A DNA stretch of 64,000 nucleotides. Source: an uncultured virus (IMG/VR IMGVR_UViG_3300030376_007335) (lineage: Duplodnaviria; Heunggongvirae; Uroviricota; Caudoviricetes). The position numbers were made by a program, and so were the translations under genes. The notes beneath the pieces were generated by a model, which worked only from the letters and a program-made list of their open reading frames with translations, did no database searches and was not told the origin of the DNA. Position 1 is the stretch's first letter. Each line of letters opens with the position of its first letter. The stretch spans positions 1-64,000 of IMG/VR virus record IMGVR_UViG_3300030376_007335; one strand, written 5' to 3'. This document shows positions 44,340 to 53,206 of the stretch, in pieces.

Positions 44340-46682
44340 ATGGGATTATTTGGAAACCACGCTAGGGTAGGAGCCAGTGCAGCTGGTGATTATGAAATTG
44401 CAAGATCTGTAAGACATAATTCAGCCAGTACTACCTATTTTAATAGGACTCCAAGTAGTACAACTAATAGAAGAACTTTTACTTTTAGTGTTTGGGTAAA
44501 ATTTGCGGTTCAAGGCGCTACACCAGATGGAGCAATATTTGGAGTATGGGAAGATAATACAAATAGAGATGTTCTTAGATTCTCCTCTGGGAATATAAAT
44601 TTTCAATGCAATCAGCATTCAGAAAATGCAACTACTACTGCTCTTTTTCGAGATCCGTCAGCTTGGTATCATATAGTTTGTGCAGTTGATACAACTCAAG
44701 CAGCATCAGCAGATAGAGTAGTTATATACGTAAATGGTGTCTCACAAGCATTAGGAACAAATACTATTTCTCAGAATCGTGATTTTATAATTAATACTAA
44801 TAATATTCACGTTATAGGTTCTAGATGGTTAAGTGATGCTTATCATTCAGGTTTTAACGGTTATATAGCTGATTTTAATTTTATTGATGGAACAAAAGTA
44901 GCAGCTTCTTCTTTTGGAGAAACGAATGCAGATACAGGACAATGGGTTCCTAAAAAGTATGCAGGATCATATGGAACAAATGGTTATTATTTAAAATTTT
45001 CAGACAATTCAGGAACTACAGCAACAACTTTAGGAAAAGATTCTTCTGGTAACGGAAATAACTTCACTCCCAATAACTATTCTATTGCAGCAGCTCCAGC
45101 AAATGATTCAGTAACAGATACTCCAACAAATAATTTCTGTACTTTAAATCCTTTATATGAGAATGCAGGAAATTGGCCTAGTCACGGACTCTTATATGGA
45201 GGAAAAGCCGATACAGCAGGTTGGCGACATAGGCTTTCTACAATGTCTTTACCTGCTACAGGGAAATATTATTGGGAAATAAAAATACCTAATGCAGCAA
45301 CAGATGGAAGTAATGGATATATGACAGGTATTGGTTATCCACCAACTTTTACTTCTATGCAAGATTTAAATGCAAATTCAACAGGGATGTATGGTAGGCA
45401 AGGTACACAAAAATATTTAAATGACAGTAGTAATCCAGTTGATTCAGATTTTACTTCAGTCTCAAATAACGATATTTTACAATACGCATATGATGCAGAT
45501 GGGCAAAAACTTTATACAGGAAAAAATAATACTTGGGAAGAAAGTGCAAATCCTTCTACAGGATCAAATCCAAATTGGACTAGTGTAACTTCTGGTGCTT
45601 TTCCTTTTGTTGGAAGTTATGGAAATAATTTACATGGAATTATAAATTTCGGACAACAAGGATTTATTTATACACCTCCAACAGGATATAAAACTTTATC
45701 TACAGTAAATTTACCTGAACCAACGATTGTCAAATCTACAGATTATTTTGATAATGTTCTTTATTCAGGAACAGGTAGTTCTAATTCAATAACAGGTTTA
45801 GCTTTTTCTCCTAATATGATAATAACAAAAAGAAGAAATGCAGATGGTAATCATTGGTTATTAATAGACACAATAAGAGGTGGAAATACAAGTTTTGAAA
45901 TTAATACTACTTCTGCTGATAATACAAATGCAAATAGAAGCATGACCTTTAATTCTGATGGAGTTACATGGAATAGTAATACAGGAAATGCTAATGCTTC
46001 TGGAGGAACTTATATATTAAATGCTTGGAAAGAATCAGCAACAGCAGGTTTTGATATGGTTGGATATTCAGGAGATGGAGTCGATGGAAGATCAGTTAGT
46101 CACTCGCTTGGCGTTATACCTGAGCTAATGATTATAAAAAGACGTACGAATACTGATCCTTGGCCTGTTTATAGTAAAGACATGGCTGCTGATGAATATG
46201 TATTACTCGATCAAGATGTAGGTAAAGTTACTACAAAAAGTTACTACTCAGGAACAAGACCTACTTCTTCTGTTTTTACAGTAGGAGATAACAATGGTAC
46301 TAATGGTACTTCTAATACCTACATGGCATATCTATGGGCAAGTGTTGCAGGATTTAGCAAAGTTGGAACTTATGAAGGAATAGGTGGATCAGCTGGTCCA
46401 ACTATAGATACTGGATTTAGGCCAGCTTATGTTGTAATAAAAAATATTGATGCAGATGCAAGATGGTGGATTGTAAAAACAGATAACTTACCTACATATA
46501 ATGTCACAGTCACTGGACTAGCATTTAATAATACTGATGATGAAGATAATTTATCTAGTATTGATATACTTTCAAACGGATTTAAAATTAGAAATAATGG
46601 AAGTTATACAAATACAAACGGTGCTTCTTATATTTATTGGGCTTTTGCCGCATTCCCCTTTAAGTATGCTAATGCGAGGTAA
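44340..46682 (+). CDS. Large tail protein with ConA/LamG-like lectin domain
   Basis: FTFSVWVK, FRDPSAWYHIVCAVDTTQA, DTPTNNFCTLNPL, GKYYWE. Confidence 0.75.
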   Translation: MGLFGNHARVGASAAGDYEIARSVRHNSASTTYFNRTPSSTTNRRTFTFSVWVKFAVQGATPDGAIFGVWEDNTNRDVLRFSSGNINFQCNQHSENATTTALFRDPSAWYHIVCAVDTTQAASADRVVIYVNGVSQALGTNTISQNRDFIINTNNIHVIGSRWLSDAYHSGFNGYIADFNFIDGTKVAASSFGETNADTGQWVPKKYAGSYGTNGYYLKFSDNSGTTATTLGKDSSGNGNNFTPNNYSIAAAPANDSVTDTPTNNFCTLNPLYENAGNWPSHGLLYGGKADTAGWRHRLSTMSLPATGKYYWEIKIPNAATDGSNGYMTGIGYPPTFTSMQDLNANSTGMYGRQGTQKYLNDSSNPVDSDFTSVSNNDILQYAYDADGQKLYTGKNNTWEESANPSTGSNPNWTSVTSGAFPFVGSYGNNLHGIINFGQQGFIYTPPTGYKTLSTVNLPEPTIVKSTDYFDNVLYSGTGSSNSITGLAFSPNMIITKRRNADGNHWLLIDTIRGGNTSFEINTTSADNTNANRSMTFNSDGVTWNSNTGNANASGGTYILNAWKESATAGFDMVGYSGDGVDGRSVSHSLGVIPELMIIKRRTNTDPWPVYSKDMAADEYVLLDQDVGKVTTKSYYSGTRPTSSVFTVGDNNGTNGTSNTYMAYLWASVAGFSKVGTYEGIGGSAGPTIDTGFRPAYVVIKNIDADARWWIVKTDNLPTYNVTVTGLAFNNTDDEDNLSSIDILSNGFKIRNNGSYTNTNGASYIYWAFAAFPFKYANAR

Positions 46683-46691
46683 AATATAACT

Positions 46692-47135
46692 ATGGCATTT
46701 AAATTAGACAGCAAAACACTTCCTATTGACGTAGCTTTTACATCTAATGGAATTAATTATCCAGCTAATTGGTTGAGATTAACAACTCTTGATGAAAAGA
46801 AAGCTATTGGCATAACAGAAGTTGACGATGAACCTACATATGATCAACGTTTTTATTGGTCAACAACTAAAGCTAAAGATCTTGCAGGTTTACAAACAGA
46901 ATGGATAGCTAAACAAAAAGAAACAGCAAGTTCTTTTTTAACTAAATATGATTGGTATGTGATTCGTAAATTAGAAGAATCAACAGATATTCCTGCGACA
47001 GTTTCTAAATATAGAGATGACGTGAGAACAGTTTGTGCAGCTCGTGAAACAGAAATTAAAGGTGTCACTGATGTAACTGCTTTGAAAGCATTAGTAGATG
47101 GAAAATTTACTAAATGGCCTGAAGAGCCTTCTTAA
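46692..47135 (+). CDS. Tail chaperone-like protein
   Basis: YPANWLRL, YDQRFYW, YDWYVIRK...YRDDVR. Confidence 0.65.
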   Translation: MAFKLDSKTLPIDVAFTSNGINYPANWLRLTTLDEKKAIGITEVDDEPTYDQRFYWSTTKAKDLAGLQTEWIAKQKETASSFLTKYDWYVIRKLEESTDIPATVSKYRDDVRTVCAARETEIKGVTDVTALKALVDGKFTKWPEEPS

Positions 47136-47183
47136 GAGTTGGTCAAACTAAACTAGAGAATAAGATAATATGTTGCAAAAGAC

Positions 47184-48674
47184 ATGCCATACTTAGGTAA
47201 AGAACCTGTTAGAGGCCAGAATCGTGAATTAGACGATATATCTGGAAGTTTTAATGGAGGTAATACTGCATTCACAATGCAAGTAGGAGGTGTTAATACT
47301 GCAGCTGGAAGTGCAAATCAAGTATTTATAAGTGTTGGTGGAGTTATGCAAAATCCAGGAACGGATTTTACAGTAGCTTCTAGTACGATTACATTTACAA
47401 CACCCCCTGCTAATGGTTTAGATTTCTGGGGATTAATTCAAGGAGATGCAGTTGATATAAATACACCAGCAGATGGAAGTGTTACTAATGCAAAAGTTGC
47501 TACAGGAGCAGCAATAGCAGGCAGCAAATTAGCTGATAATGCTGTTGGACTTGCTCAAATGGCAGGTGGTACAGATGGTAATTTAATTACATATGATGCT
47601 TCTGGAGATCCAGCACACGTTGCTACAGGAAGTAGCGGACAAGTCTTAACTTCTAACGGTGCAGGAGCAGCTCCGACTTTTCAAGCTACTTCAGATGCAG
47701 GTCAAGCACATAATTTAATAGTTAATGGTGCAATGAAAGTCGCTCAAAGAGGAACCTCAGATACGACCGACGCACAAGGTTTTACAACTGTAGATAGATG
47801 GCGAATTACATGGAGTGGTTTAGAAGAAGAAGTAAGTAAATATCAAGAACAATTAACTTCTAGTGATGCTGGCCCTTGGGAATTAGGATTCAGAAATGCT
47901 TGGAAAATACAAAATGGCAACCAAACTGGAGGTGCTGATGCTGGTGGTTATATTAATCCTCAATATGCAGTAGAAGCACAAGATATTGCTAATTCAGGAT
48001 GGGATTACACTTCAGCTTCAAGTTATATAACACTTTCTTTTTGGGTCAAATCAAGTGTTTCTCAAACTTTCTATGGATATTTGAGAAGCATGGATGGTAC
48101 TAATCAAGCATATTCTTTCTCTTATAGTGCATCTAGTACCTGGACAAAAGTAACTAAAACAATTCCTGGTAATTCAAATATTCAAATTGATAATAATAAT
48201 GACTCTGGACTGTATCTATTCTTACCTACTTTCTTAGGAACTGATAGAACGAATGCAGGTAACACTGAGAATACATGGGCAGCTTATAGCGGTTCCAATA
48301 GAACAAAACCTTCAACAACCACTTGGTATACAACAAATGATGCAACTTGGCATATAACTGGTGTTCAATTAGAAGTGGGGGATTCTGCTACAACTTTTGA
48401 ACATAGATCCTTTGGTGATGAATTAGCTAGGTGTCAGAGGTATTATTGGCAAGAAACAGGAATAACTTTCTTTTTGTATCAGTACAGCAGTTCACACAAA
48501 CAAATAAGGATTCAACATCCTGTACCAATGAGAGCTACACCAACAGAAACTTTGACTGGTAGTGGTATCACAGCAGATAGCGAAACTAATCAATTTTATA
48601 GTGCTTATGCTGCTAGTGCTTATGATGGTGCTAATAAATTCTATAGTGCAGTGAAATTCGAGGCGGAGATTTAA
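47184..48674 (+). CDS. Tail fibre/receptor-binding protein, paralog 3
   Basis: N-terminus like 24968 gene (LDDISGSFNG); C-terminal core like 23447 and 27173 genes. Confidence 0.75.
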   Translation: MPYLGKEPVRGQNRELDDISGSFNGGNTAFTMQVGGVNTAAGSANQVFISVGGVMQNPGTDFTVASSTITFTTPPANGLDFWGLIQGDAVDINTPADGSVTNAKVATGAAIAGSKLADNAVGLAQMAGGTDGNLITYDASGDPAHVATGSSGQVLTSNGAGAAPTFQATSDAGQAHNLIVNGAMKVAQRGTSDTTDAQGFTTVDRWRITWSGLEEEVSKYQEQLTSSDAGPWELGFRNAWKIQNGNQTGGADAGGYINPQYAVEAQDIANSGWDYTSASSYITLSFWVKSSVSQTFYGYLRSMDGTNQAYSFSYSASSTWTKVTKTIPGNSNIQIDNNNDSGLYLFLPTFLGTDRTNAGNTENTWAAYSGSNRTKPSTTTWYTTNDATWHITGVQLEVGDSATTFEHRSFGDELARCQRYYWQETGITFFLYQYSSSHKQIRIQHPVPMRATPTETLTGSGITADSETNQFYSAYAASAYDGANKFYSAVKFEAEI

Positions 48675-48788
48675 TTATGAATCCTTATAAATTAGTAGGT
48701 AGTGCTTATAATGATGGTGATCCTGATTATTACAGCTTAGTAAAATTCGATGCGGAGATTTAATTATGAATCCTTATAAATTAGCAGG
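48615..48788 (+). repeat. Diverged tandem duplication of fibre 3' end plus chaperone 5' start
   Basis: GCGGAGATTTAATTATGAATCCTTATAAATTAG occurs twice, 89 nt apart. Confidence 0.9.
48677..48763 (+). pseudogene. 28-aa chimeric mini-ORF: chaperone N-terminus fused to alternative fibre C-terminus
   Basis: MNPYKLVG-SAYNDGDPDYYSLVKFDAEI vs fibre end SAYDGANKFYSAVKFEAEI. Confidence 0.7.
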
Positions 48789-48951
48789 AAAACATGCAGC
48801 AGGCGCACCAGACGGATTAGCTGGAACAGATATAAAAAGAATCATTAGAAATTCAGATGGTGCTCAAATCCCATTCGATCCAGAAAACAAAGATTACGCT
48901 GATTATCTGCAGTGGAAAGCAGATGGCGGAGTCCCAGATGCTGCTGACTAA
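48766..48951 (+). CDS. Small fibre chaperone-like protein
   Basis: IPFDPENKDYADYLQWKADGG.PDAAD. Confidence 0.7.
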   Translation: MNPYKLAGKHAAGAPDGLAGTDIKRIIRNSDGAQIPFDPENKDYADYLQWKADGGVPDAAD

Positions 48952-49119
48952 GTGTCAATAGTCATTATTATTGGAGTTATTTTATTTGCTTTAGTAGCTT
49001 ATGGAATATACGTAACGTTTGGATCTGGTGCTAAAGACTTAAAAGATAGTATCGACGAACATGCGAAGATGCATGAACTAGGGATAGCTCATGGACATAG
49101 AGGTAAGAGATCTATTTAA
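48952..49119 (+). CDS. psbN: PsbN-like protein with His-rich tail (55 aa, not in ORF track)
   Basis: GTG start; TM segment then YGIYVTFGSGAKDLKDSIDEH, similar to PsbN YxIYxxFGxxxxxLxDxxxEH. Confidence 0.7.
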   Translation: MSIVIIIGVILFALVAYGIYVTFGSGAKDLKDSIDEHAKMHELGIAHGHRGKRSI

Positions 49120-49246
49120 ATTTTCTTTTAGATGCGAAGTGGTAGTCGATTCTCGATTTACCGTAGTAAAGGATGCCAAGCCAAACGGAGAACATAACTC
49201 CATCAAACCAGCTTAGGTTATGCCAAGCTTCTGCTGCGCCTTCCAT
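49112..49246 (-). CDS. Small membrane protein (44 aa, not in ORF track)
   Basis: MEGAAEAWHNLSWFDGVMFSVWLGILYYGK. Confidence 0.55.
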   Translation of the reverse strand: MEGAAEAWHNLSWFDGVMFSVWLGILYYGKSRIDYHFASKRKFK

Positions 49247-49302
49247 TTATCAAATACCTAGAATTAGTTATTTACTTACAATATAGTTCCCTAATATAGG
49301 AA

Positions 49303-49467
49303 CTAGGAAGTAGGAGCTGGTGCATAGATAGGTTGAAGTATCCCTTTACCCCCCTGAAAATCATCGTCATCATCATCATCTATATCTGCACCAGATGCAA
49401 AGTAGATGATAAGTAAGACTACGACAGGAAGGTAGGGGAAAAATAATGCTAACTGAACGTCCGACAT
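49303..49467 (-). CDS. Small TM protein with poly-Asp (54 aa, not in ORF track)
   Basis: TM segment then DDDDDDDFQGGKG; follows hli genes. Confidence 0.65.
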   Translation of the reverse strand: MSDVQLALFFPYLPVVVLLIIYFASGADIDDDDDDDFQGGKGILQPIYAPAPTS

Positions 49468-49491
49468 TTAGTTTTAGTTTCGAATACGTAC

Positions 49492-49599
49492 TTATGAAAA
49501 GTATGTGAATTTAGTGTAAGCAGCCATGAGTGTCCAAAATGCCATCATTGCAAACCTACCATTTGCTCTTGACCAGATTGCTACGTTAGAGTTATTCAT
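49492..49599 (-). CDS. hli: Divergent high-light-inducible-like protein (35 aa)
   Basis: WSRANGRFAMMAF; lacks the Glu of ExxNGRxAM. Confidence 0.6.
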   Translation of the reverse strand: MNNSNVAIWSRANGRFAMMAFWTLMAAYTKFTYFS

Positions 49600-49600
49600 C

Positions 49601-49795
49601 TTAGAAAATACCAGGGATAACTTGACCAGTTGTTAGATATGCTCCTAATAAAGCAACAAATCCAATCATGGCCCAACGAGCATTAGCTAGTTCTGCCTCT
49701 TTAACGTATCCTTTGTAATCTTCGTCAAGCCTAGGTTGCGCTTCTTTTGCGAAGATATTTTGTTTCCCGTATTCGGTTGTTATATGAGAATCCAT
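49601..49795 (-). CDS. hli: High-light-inducible protein
   Basis: AELANARWAMIGF...TGQVIPGIF. Confidence 0.95.
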   Translation of the reverse strand: MDSHITTEYGKQNIFAKEAQPRLDEDYKGYVKEAELANARWAMIGFVALLGAYLTTGQVIPGIF

Positions 49796-49796
49796 T

Positions 49797-49904
49797 TTAA
49801 AAGATACCAGGGATAACTTGACCAGTTGTAGCGTATGCGCCTAGTGCTGCTACGACACCGAGCATTGCTGCCCAGCCATTGAACTTTTCTGCTTCAGGAG
49901 TCAT
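49797..49904 (-). CDS. hli: High-light-inducible protein (35 aa, not in ORF track)
   Basis: MTPEAEKFNGWAAMLGVVAALGAYATTGQVIPGIF. Confidence 0.95.
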   Translation of the reverse strand: MTPEAEKFNGWAAMLGVVAALGAYATTGQVIPGIF

Positions 49905-50000
49905 TGTTAAAAATTAAAATTATGTAAAGGAATTACTTTTATATAATACATTAAGTTTTGTTAACTATAGGTATAAATAACCATACCTATTTCAAGACAT

Positions 50001-50030
50001 AAAAAAAACCCCTGCTATTGCAAGGGTTTT
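50001..50030 (-). terminator. Rho-independent terminator of outer-membrane protein gene
   Basis: AAAACCCCTGC-tatt-GCAAGGGTTTT; A8 on + strand gives a U-tract on minus. Confidence 0.7.
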
Positions 50031-50043
50031 GAAATCTTAAGAT

Positions 50044-50433
50044 TTAGAAGCTGTACTTAACGCCTAATTTTGTGCCGTAGGAATTGTCATCGTTGGTATC
50101 GGAATCAGCTGTCAAAAGTGAAAACTCGCCATAAACACCAAGCTTTTCAGTTGCTGCGAAAGAGCCACCAACTTTACCAGAGATTCTTGTATCACCATCA
50201 GCACCGTCAGGGCGAACCAAAGCTGGTCCTCCTTGAACGTAGTAGCCAAGAGCACCAACTTCACCTTCATAACCGACATGGAAGTCTGTAGTCGCTGTAG
50301 TGAAATTTTCTCCTGTGAATGAGCCATTGTTTTCTACATTTACATAAATACCAGCAAAAGCAGAAGGAGCTATAAAAGAAGCAGCTACTGCAGTTGAGGC
50401 AATAAGAGGTTTAATCATTTGTTTAGTATCCAA
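50044..50433 (-). CDS. Small outer-membrane beta-barrel protein
   Basis: Signal peptide, amphipathic strands, C-terminal GVKYSF. Confidence 0.75.
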   Translation of the reverse strand: MDTKQMIKPLIASTAVAASFIAPSAFAGIYVNVENNGSFTGENFTTATTDFHVGYEGEVGALGYYVQGGPALVRPDGADGDTRISGKVGGSFAATEKLGVYGEFSLLTADSDTNDDNSYGTKLGVKYSF

Positions 50434-50502
50434 AAGGATAAATAAAAGTATTTACTTTTGTTACCCTAACATTGAAAAACCTAGTCGCAGCGCGGGTTTT
50501 GC

Positions 50503-53082
50503 TTATGCCAATTTATTTTCTGGCAGTATAGTAACGGCACTACTATATTTTTGGTCAGAATTTCTGACAACTAAGCCTTTAATAAATGGTCTTCCTTGTT
50601 TACTAAATTGTCTAACCTCTTTTAATCCTAGTTGGTTTTTGCAACAATCTAAAAGAAGAGAAATAAAGCGTTTTTGCCCTACAGGTTTCGACCCAGTATC
50701 TTCACAATAGGCACAATAACTGGCATAAAGGTGATAATTACTGTTGCAATACCTTTCTTTTGCGTCTTTGGCGGCGGGAACTTTCTTTCCAACAGCTGCA
50801 ACTGCTGAAGGTTCATGAACTACTTCCGACTGTAGCCATTCAACTAGGTTATTACTATTAAGTAGAATTTCGTTTCTTACTCTCTTTAGTGAGTGTACTT
50901 TTTCATAAGTATCTAAGAGGTATTCTCTCATTTCTTGTGTTTTCATAGCGAGAATCCAATTAACTAACCCAGGTAAATAATCCTTCCATAAGCCTCTTAC
51001 AACTCCGTTTTCTAGCTTTATCATTTCTTTTGCCTCAGAGTTTTTATCCCAAAGTGGACGATTAAACTCCACTGTTAAGCGACGTCTAGTTAGTCCAGAT
51101 GTATTATCAGTGGTTTGAATAGGCTCATTAGCACAAACCATAACCATACCTGTGTAGACAAAAGGCTCTCCTACATTTTTATTTTTTTCTTCGAAGCGTA
51201 AGTTATCTCCTCCAGTTAGTGCTTTAAATATTTGAGCTGATCCTCCATATCTTTCTGAATCATTAATTAAAGTTAGGCGTTTTCCTTTTATTGAAGCAAT
51301 TTCAAAGCGACTTTGCTCAAGTTGGTTGAGTGTTGTACTTGCATAGTTACCATTTCCTACTAGGGCGCAGCATAAGTTTGCGAACGTAGATTTACCTCTA
51401 CCACCAGGTCCTATTACTTCTAAAAAGCGTTGCAATTCGTGGCCTTGACCAACTAAACATGCTTTAAGCCAAGCTCTTAAAACTTGTACCCTTTCCTTAT
51501 CACCATATTGTGTCTTTTCAAGCCATCTAAGTATGGGACCTGCATCAGCATTTGGGATGTATTCAAAATCTAGACCCCAAGTTAGATAATGTTCAGGACT
51601 ATGCTCCATAAACTCTCCTGTACTCATCTCTAGTACGCCATTTTGGAAAGCTAGTCTATCTGGGTCATCATCCCAGTATGTATGAGTTATATAGGCTTGT
51701 GTAAGGTTTACAACGTCTGATATGAGATGGGATGTAAAGCCACCTGGTGTAGGAATATTTTCCCTTAAAAAGAGGTCTTGAACGAAGTGTTTATATTCAT
51801 GACGATAATCTTCTCTTCTCCATGTCCCTTTACTACGTTGATAGAACATAAAGGTATCAAATTTTGGATCGTATCTCCATCCACACTCGATCACCATTCC
51901 TGTTACATAATCAGCTAGTTCTGATGCAGGAGGGGTTTTAGGACGTCCTTTTCCTTGTATCTTTTCTTGGATGATTTCTCTGTCTTTTTTATTCGGAGGT
52001 TCTATGAAATCTTTTAGAGCTTTACCTATTGCTTTGGTAGGTATTTCCATTTCGTCATCCTCAAATAATTTTTTAGCTTTTTCTGCCAAGTCTTTACTTG
52101 ACTCGATTACAAAACCTCCAAGATCAACGTATCCGTCTTCTTTAGCTTTTGCTCTCAAATGGTGTAGACCACAGCTACCTTCTGGAGAAGGTCCACCTGG
52201 CAACCGTTCAAATGTCCCCCATTTTCTTTCACAAACTCCATCTTGGAAATTAGGAGCTTGAGATGACCATTCAACCCAATCAGTTAAAAGAGCATCATCT
52301 ACTTGATGAAGTGACATCCCAATTGAGAGCCATTCTTCGTAGTCAACAGCTCTTTCTTCACTTAAATTATCGAGATATGTTTTAGCTTCTTCTACTGATT
52401 GTTCTTTTAAATATTCAGAGCCTTCTTCATAACTAAGGTTTATTTGCTGAGTAACAACTCCAGAGGAAGGTGCTTTCCTATATTTGTGAGTTGGGAAAGC
52501 TTTAGCAATTGCTTGATACAACCAATCAGGTAGCTCAGGAGGATTCTTTGCATGCTCAAAACCACAGTTTGGAGTAGTGAAATAACCATCCGTATCTGGA
52601 TGGCTTCCCATAATGGCACCTTGTCTTGCTCTAAATAGGATTTCAAATGAAGGCACTCCTATTTTTATTGTTGCTTTATCAGGTAATAGAGGAAGCTTAT
52701 TGGTAGGTATGCTGTAAAGCATCCTTTTACGATCAGGCTTACCAGATGAAATGGTTAAAGTAGGTGGAAATATTGAAGATAATGGGGCACCAGCTAATTT
52801 TTCTAGTTCTGGTATTGCATCAGGACCATCAATATCTACCCAAATTAACCCACCTTCGTTAGACCACTGTCCAGTTATAAGACCTACTCCTGTTGCCCTC
52901 CCCTCATCGAACTCGCATTTTATTTGTTCAATACTATAGGGTTGCGATGTCCAGCCAGCTATATAGGCACGTTTATCCCTTAAAGGAGTTAAAGCCCAGT
53001 GTGGAGGTATTAGATCTAGGTTGATTTGGCCTGGTTTTAGTTGATAATTAGGCTTTTTTGGCTCAGTTGCTTCGGTTGTCAC
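50503..53082 (-). CDS. Primase-polymerase / PriCT-2 / D5-like SF3 helicase
   Basis: WVDIDG, DYEEWLSIGMSL, GPGGRGKST, FKALTGGD, RRRL. Confidence 0.9.
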   Translation of the reverse strand: MTTEATEPKKPNYQLKPGQINLDLIPPHWALTPLRDKRAYIAGWTSQPYSIEQIKCEFDEGRATGVGLITGQWSNEGGLIWVDIDGPDAIPELEKLAGAPLSSIFPPTLTISSGKPDRKRMLYSIPTNKLPLLPDKATIKIGVPSFEILFRARQGAIMGSHPDTDGYFTTPNCGFEHAKNPPELPDWLYQAIAKAFPTHKYRKAPSSGVVTQQINLSYEEGSEYLKEQSVEEAKTYLDNLSEERAVDYEEWLSIGMSLHQVDDALLTDWVEWSSQAPNFQDGVCERKWGTFERLPGGPSPEGSCGLHHLRAKAKEDGYVDLGGFVIESSKDLAEKAKKLFEDDEMEIPTKAIGKALKDFIEPPNKKDREIIQEKIQGKGRPKTPPASELADYVTGMVIECGWRYDPKFDTFMFYQRSKGTWRREDYRHEYKHFVQDLFLRENIPTPGGFTSHLISDVVNLTQAYITHTYWDDDPDRLAFQNGVLEMSTGEFMEHSPEHYLTWGLDFEYIPNADAGPILRWLEKTQYGDKERVQVLRAWLKACLVGQGHELQRFLEVIGPGGRGKSTFANLCCALVGNGNYASTTLNQLEQSRFEIASIKGKRLTLINDSERYGGSAQIFKALTGGDNLRFEEKNKNVGEPFVYTGMVMVCANEPIQTTDNTSGLTRRRLTVEFNRPLWDKNSEAKEMIKLENGVVRGLWKDYLPGLVNWILAMKTQEMREYLLDTYEKVHSLKRVRNEILLNSNNLVEWLQSEVVHEPSAVAAVGKKVPAAKDAKERYCNSNYHLYASYCAYCEDTGSKPVGQKRFISLLLDCCKNQLGLKEVRQFSKQGRPFIKGLVVRNSDQKYSSAVTILPENKLA

Positions 53083-53206
53083 GTTGGTTTTCGATGATCT
53101 TGTGAGGAGAGTCAGTCATTTTGAGAGTAACGATTTTTTAAGAAAACGCCACCCCTTATATTTTTCTTTCGAATCTTTCCCTATTCTACGGAACATGGAG
53201 TTGCAC

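Noticed and set aside
48615..48788. Diversity-generating retroelement VR/TR pair
   Set aside because: Differences are not adenine-specific, include an indel and synonymous changes, and no reverse transcriptase is in the window.
49968..49991. NtcA box upstream of the hli operon
   Set aside because: Spacing is GTA-N10-TAC, not N8; it is an inverted repeat (ATAGGTAT/ATACCTAT) of unknown role.
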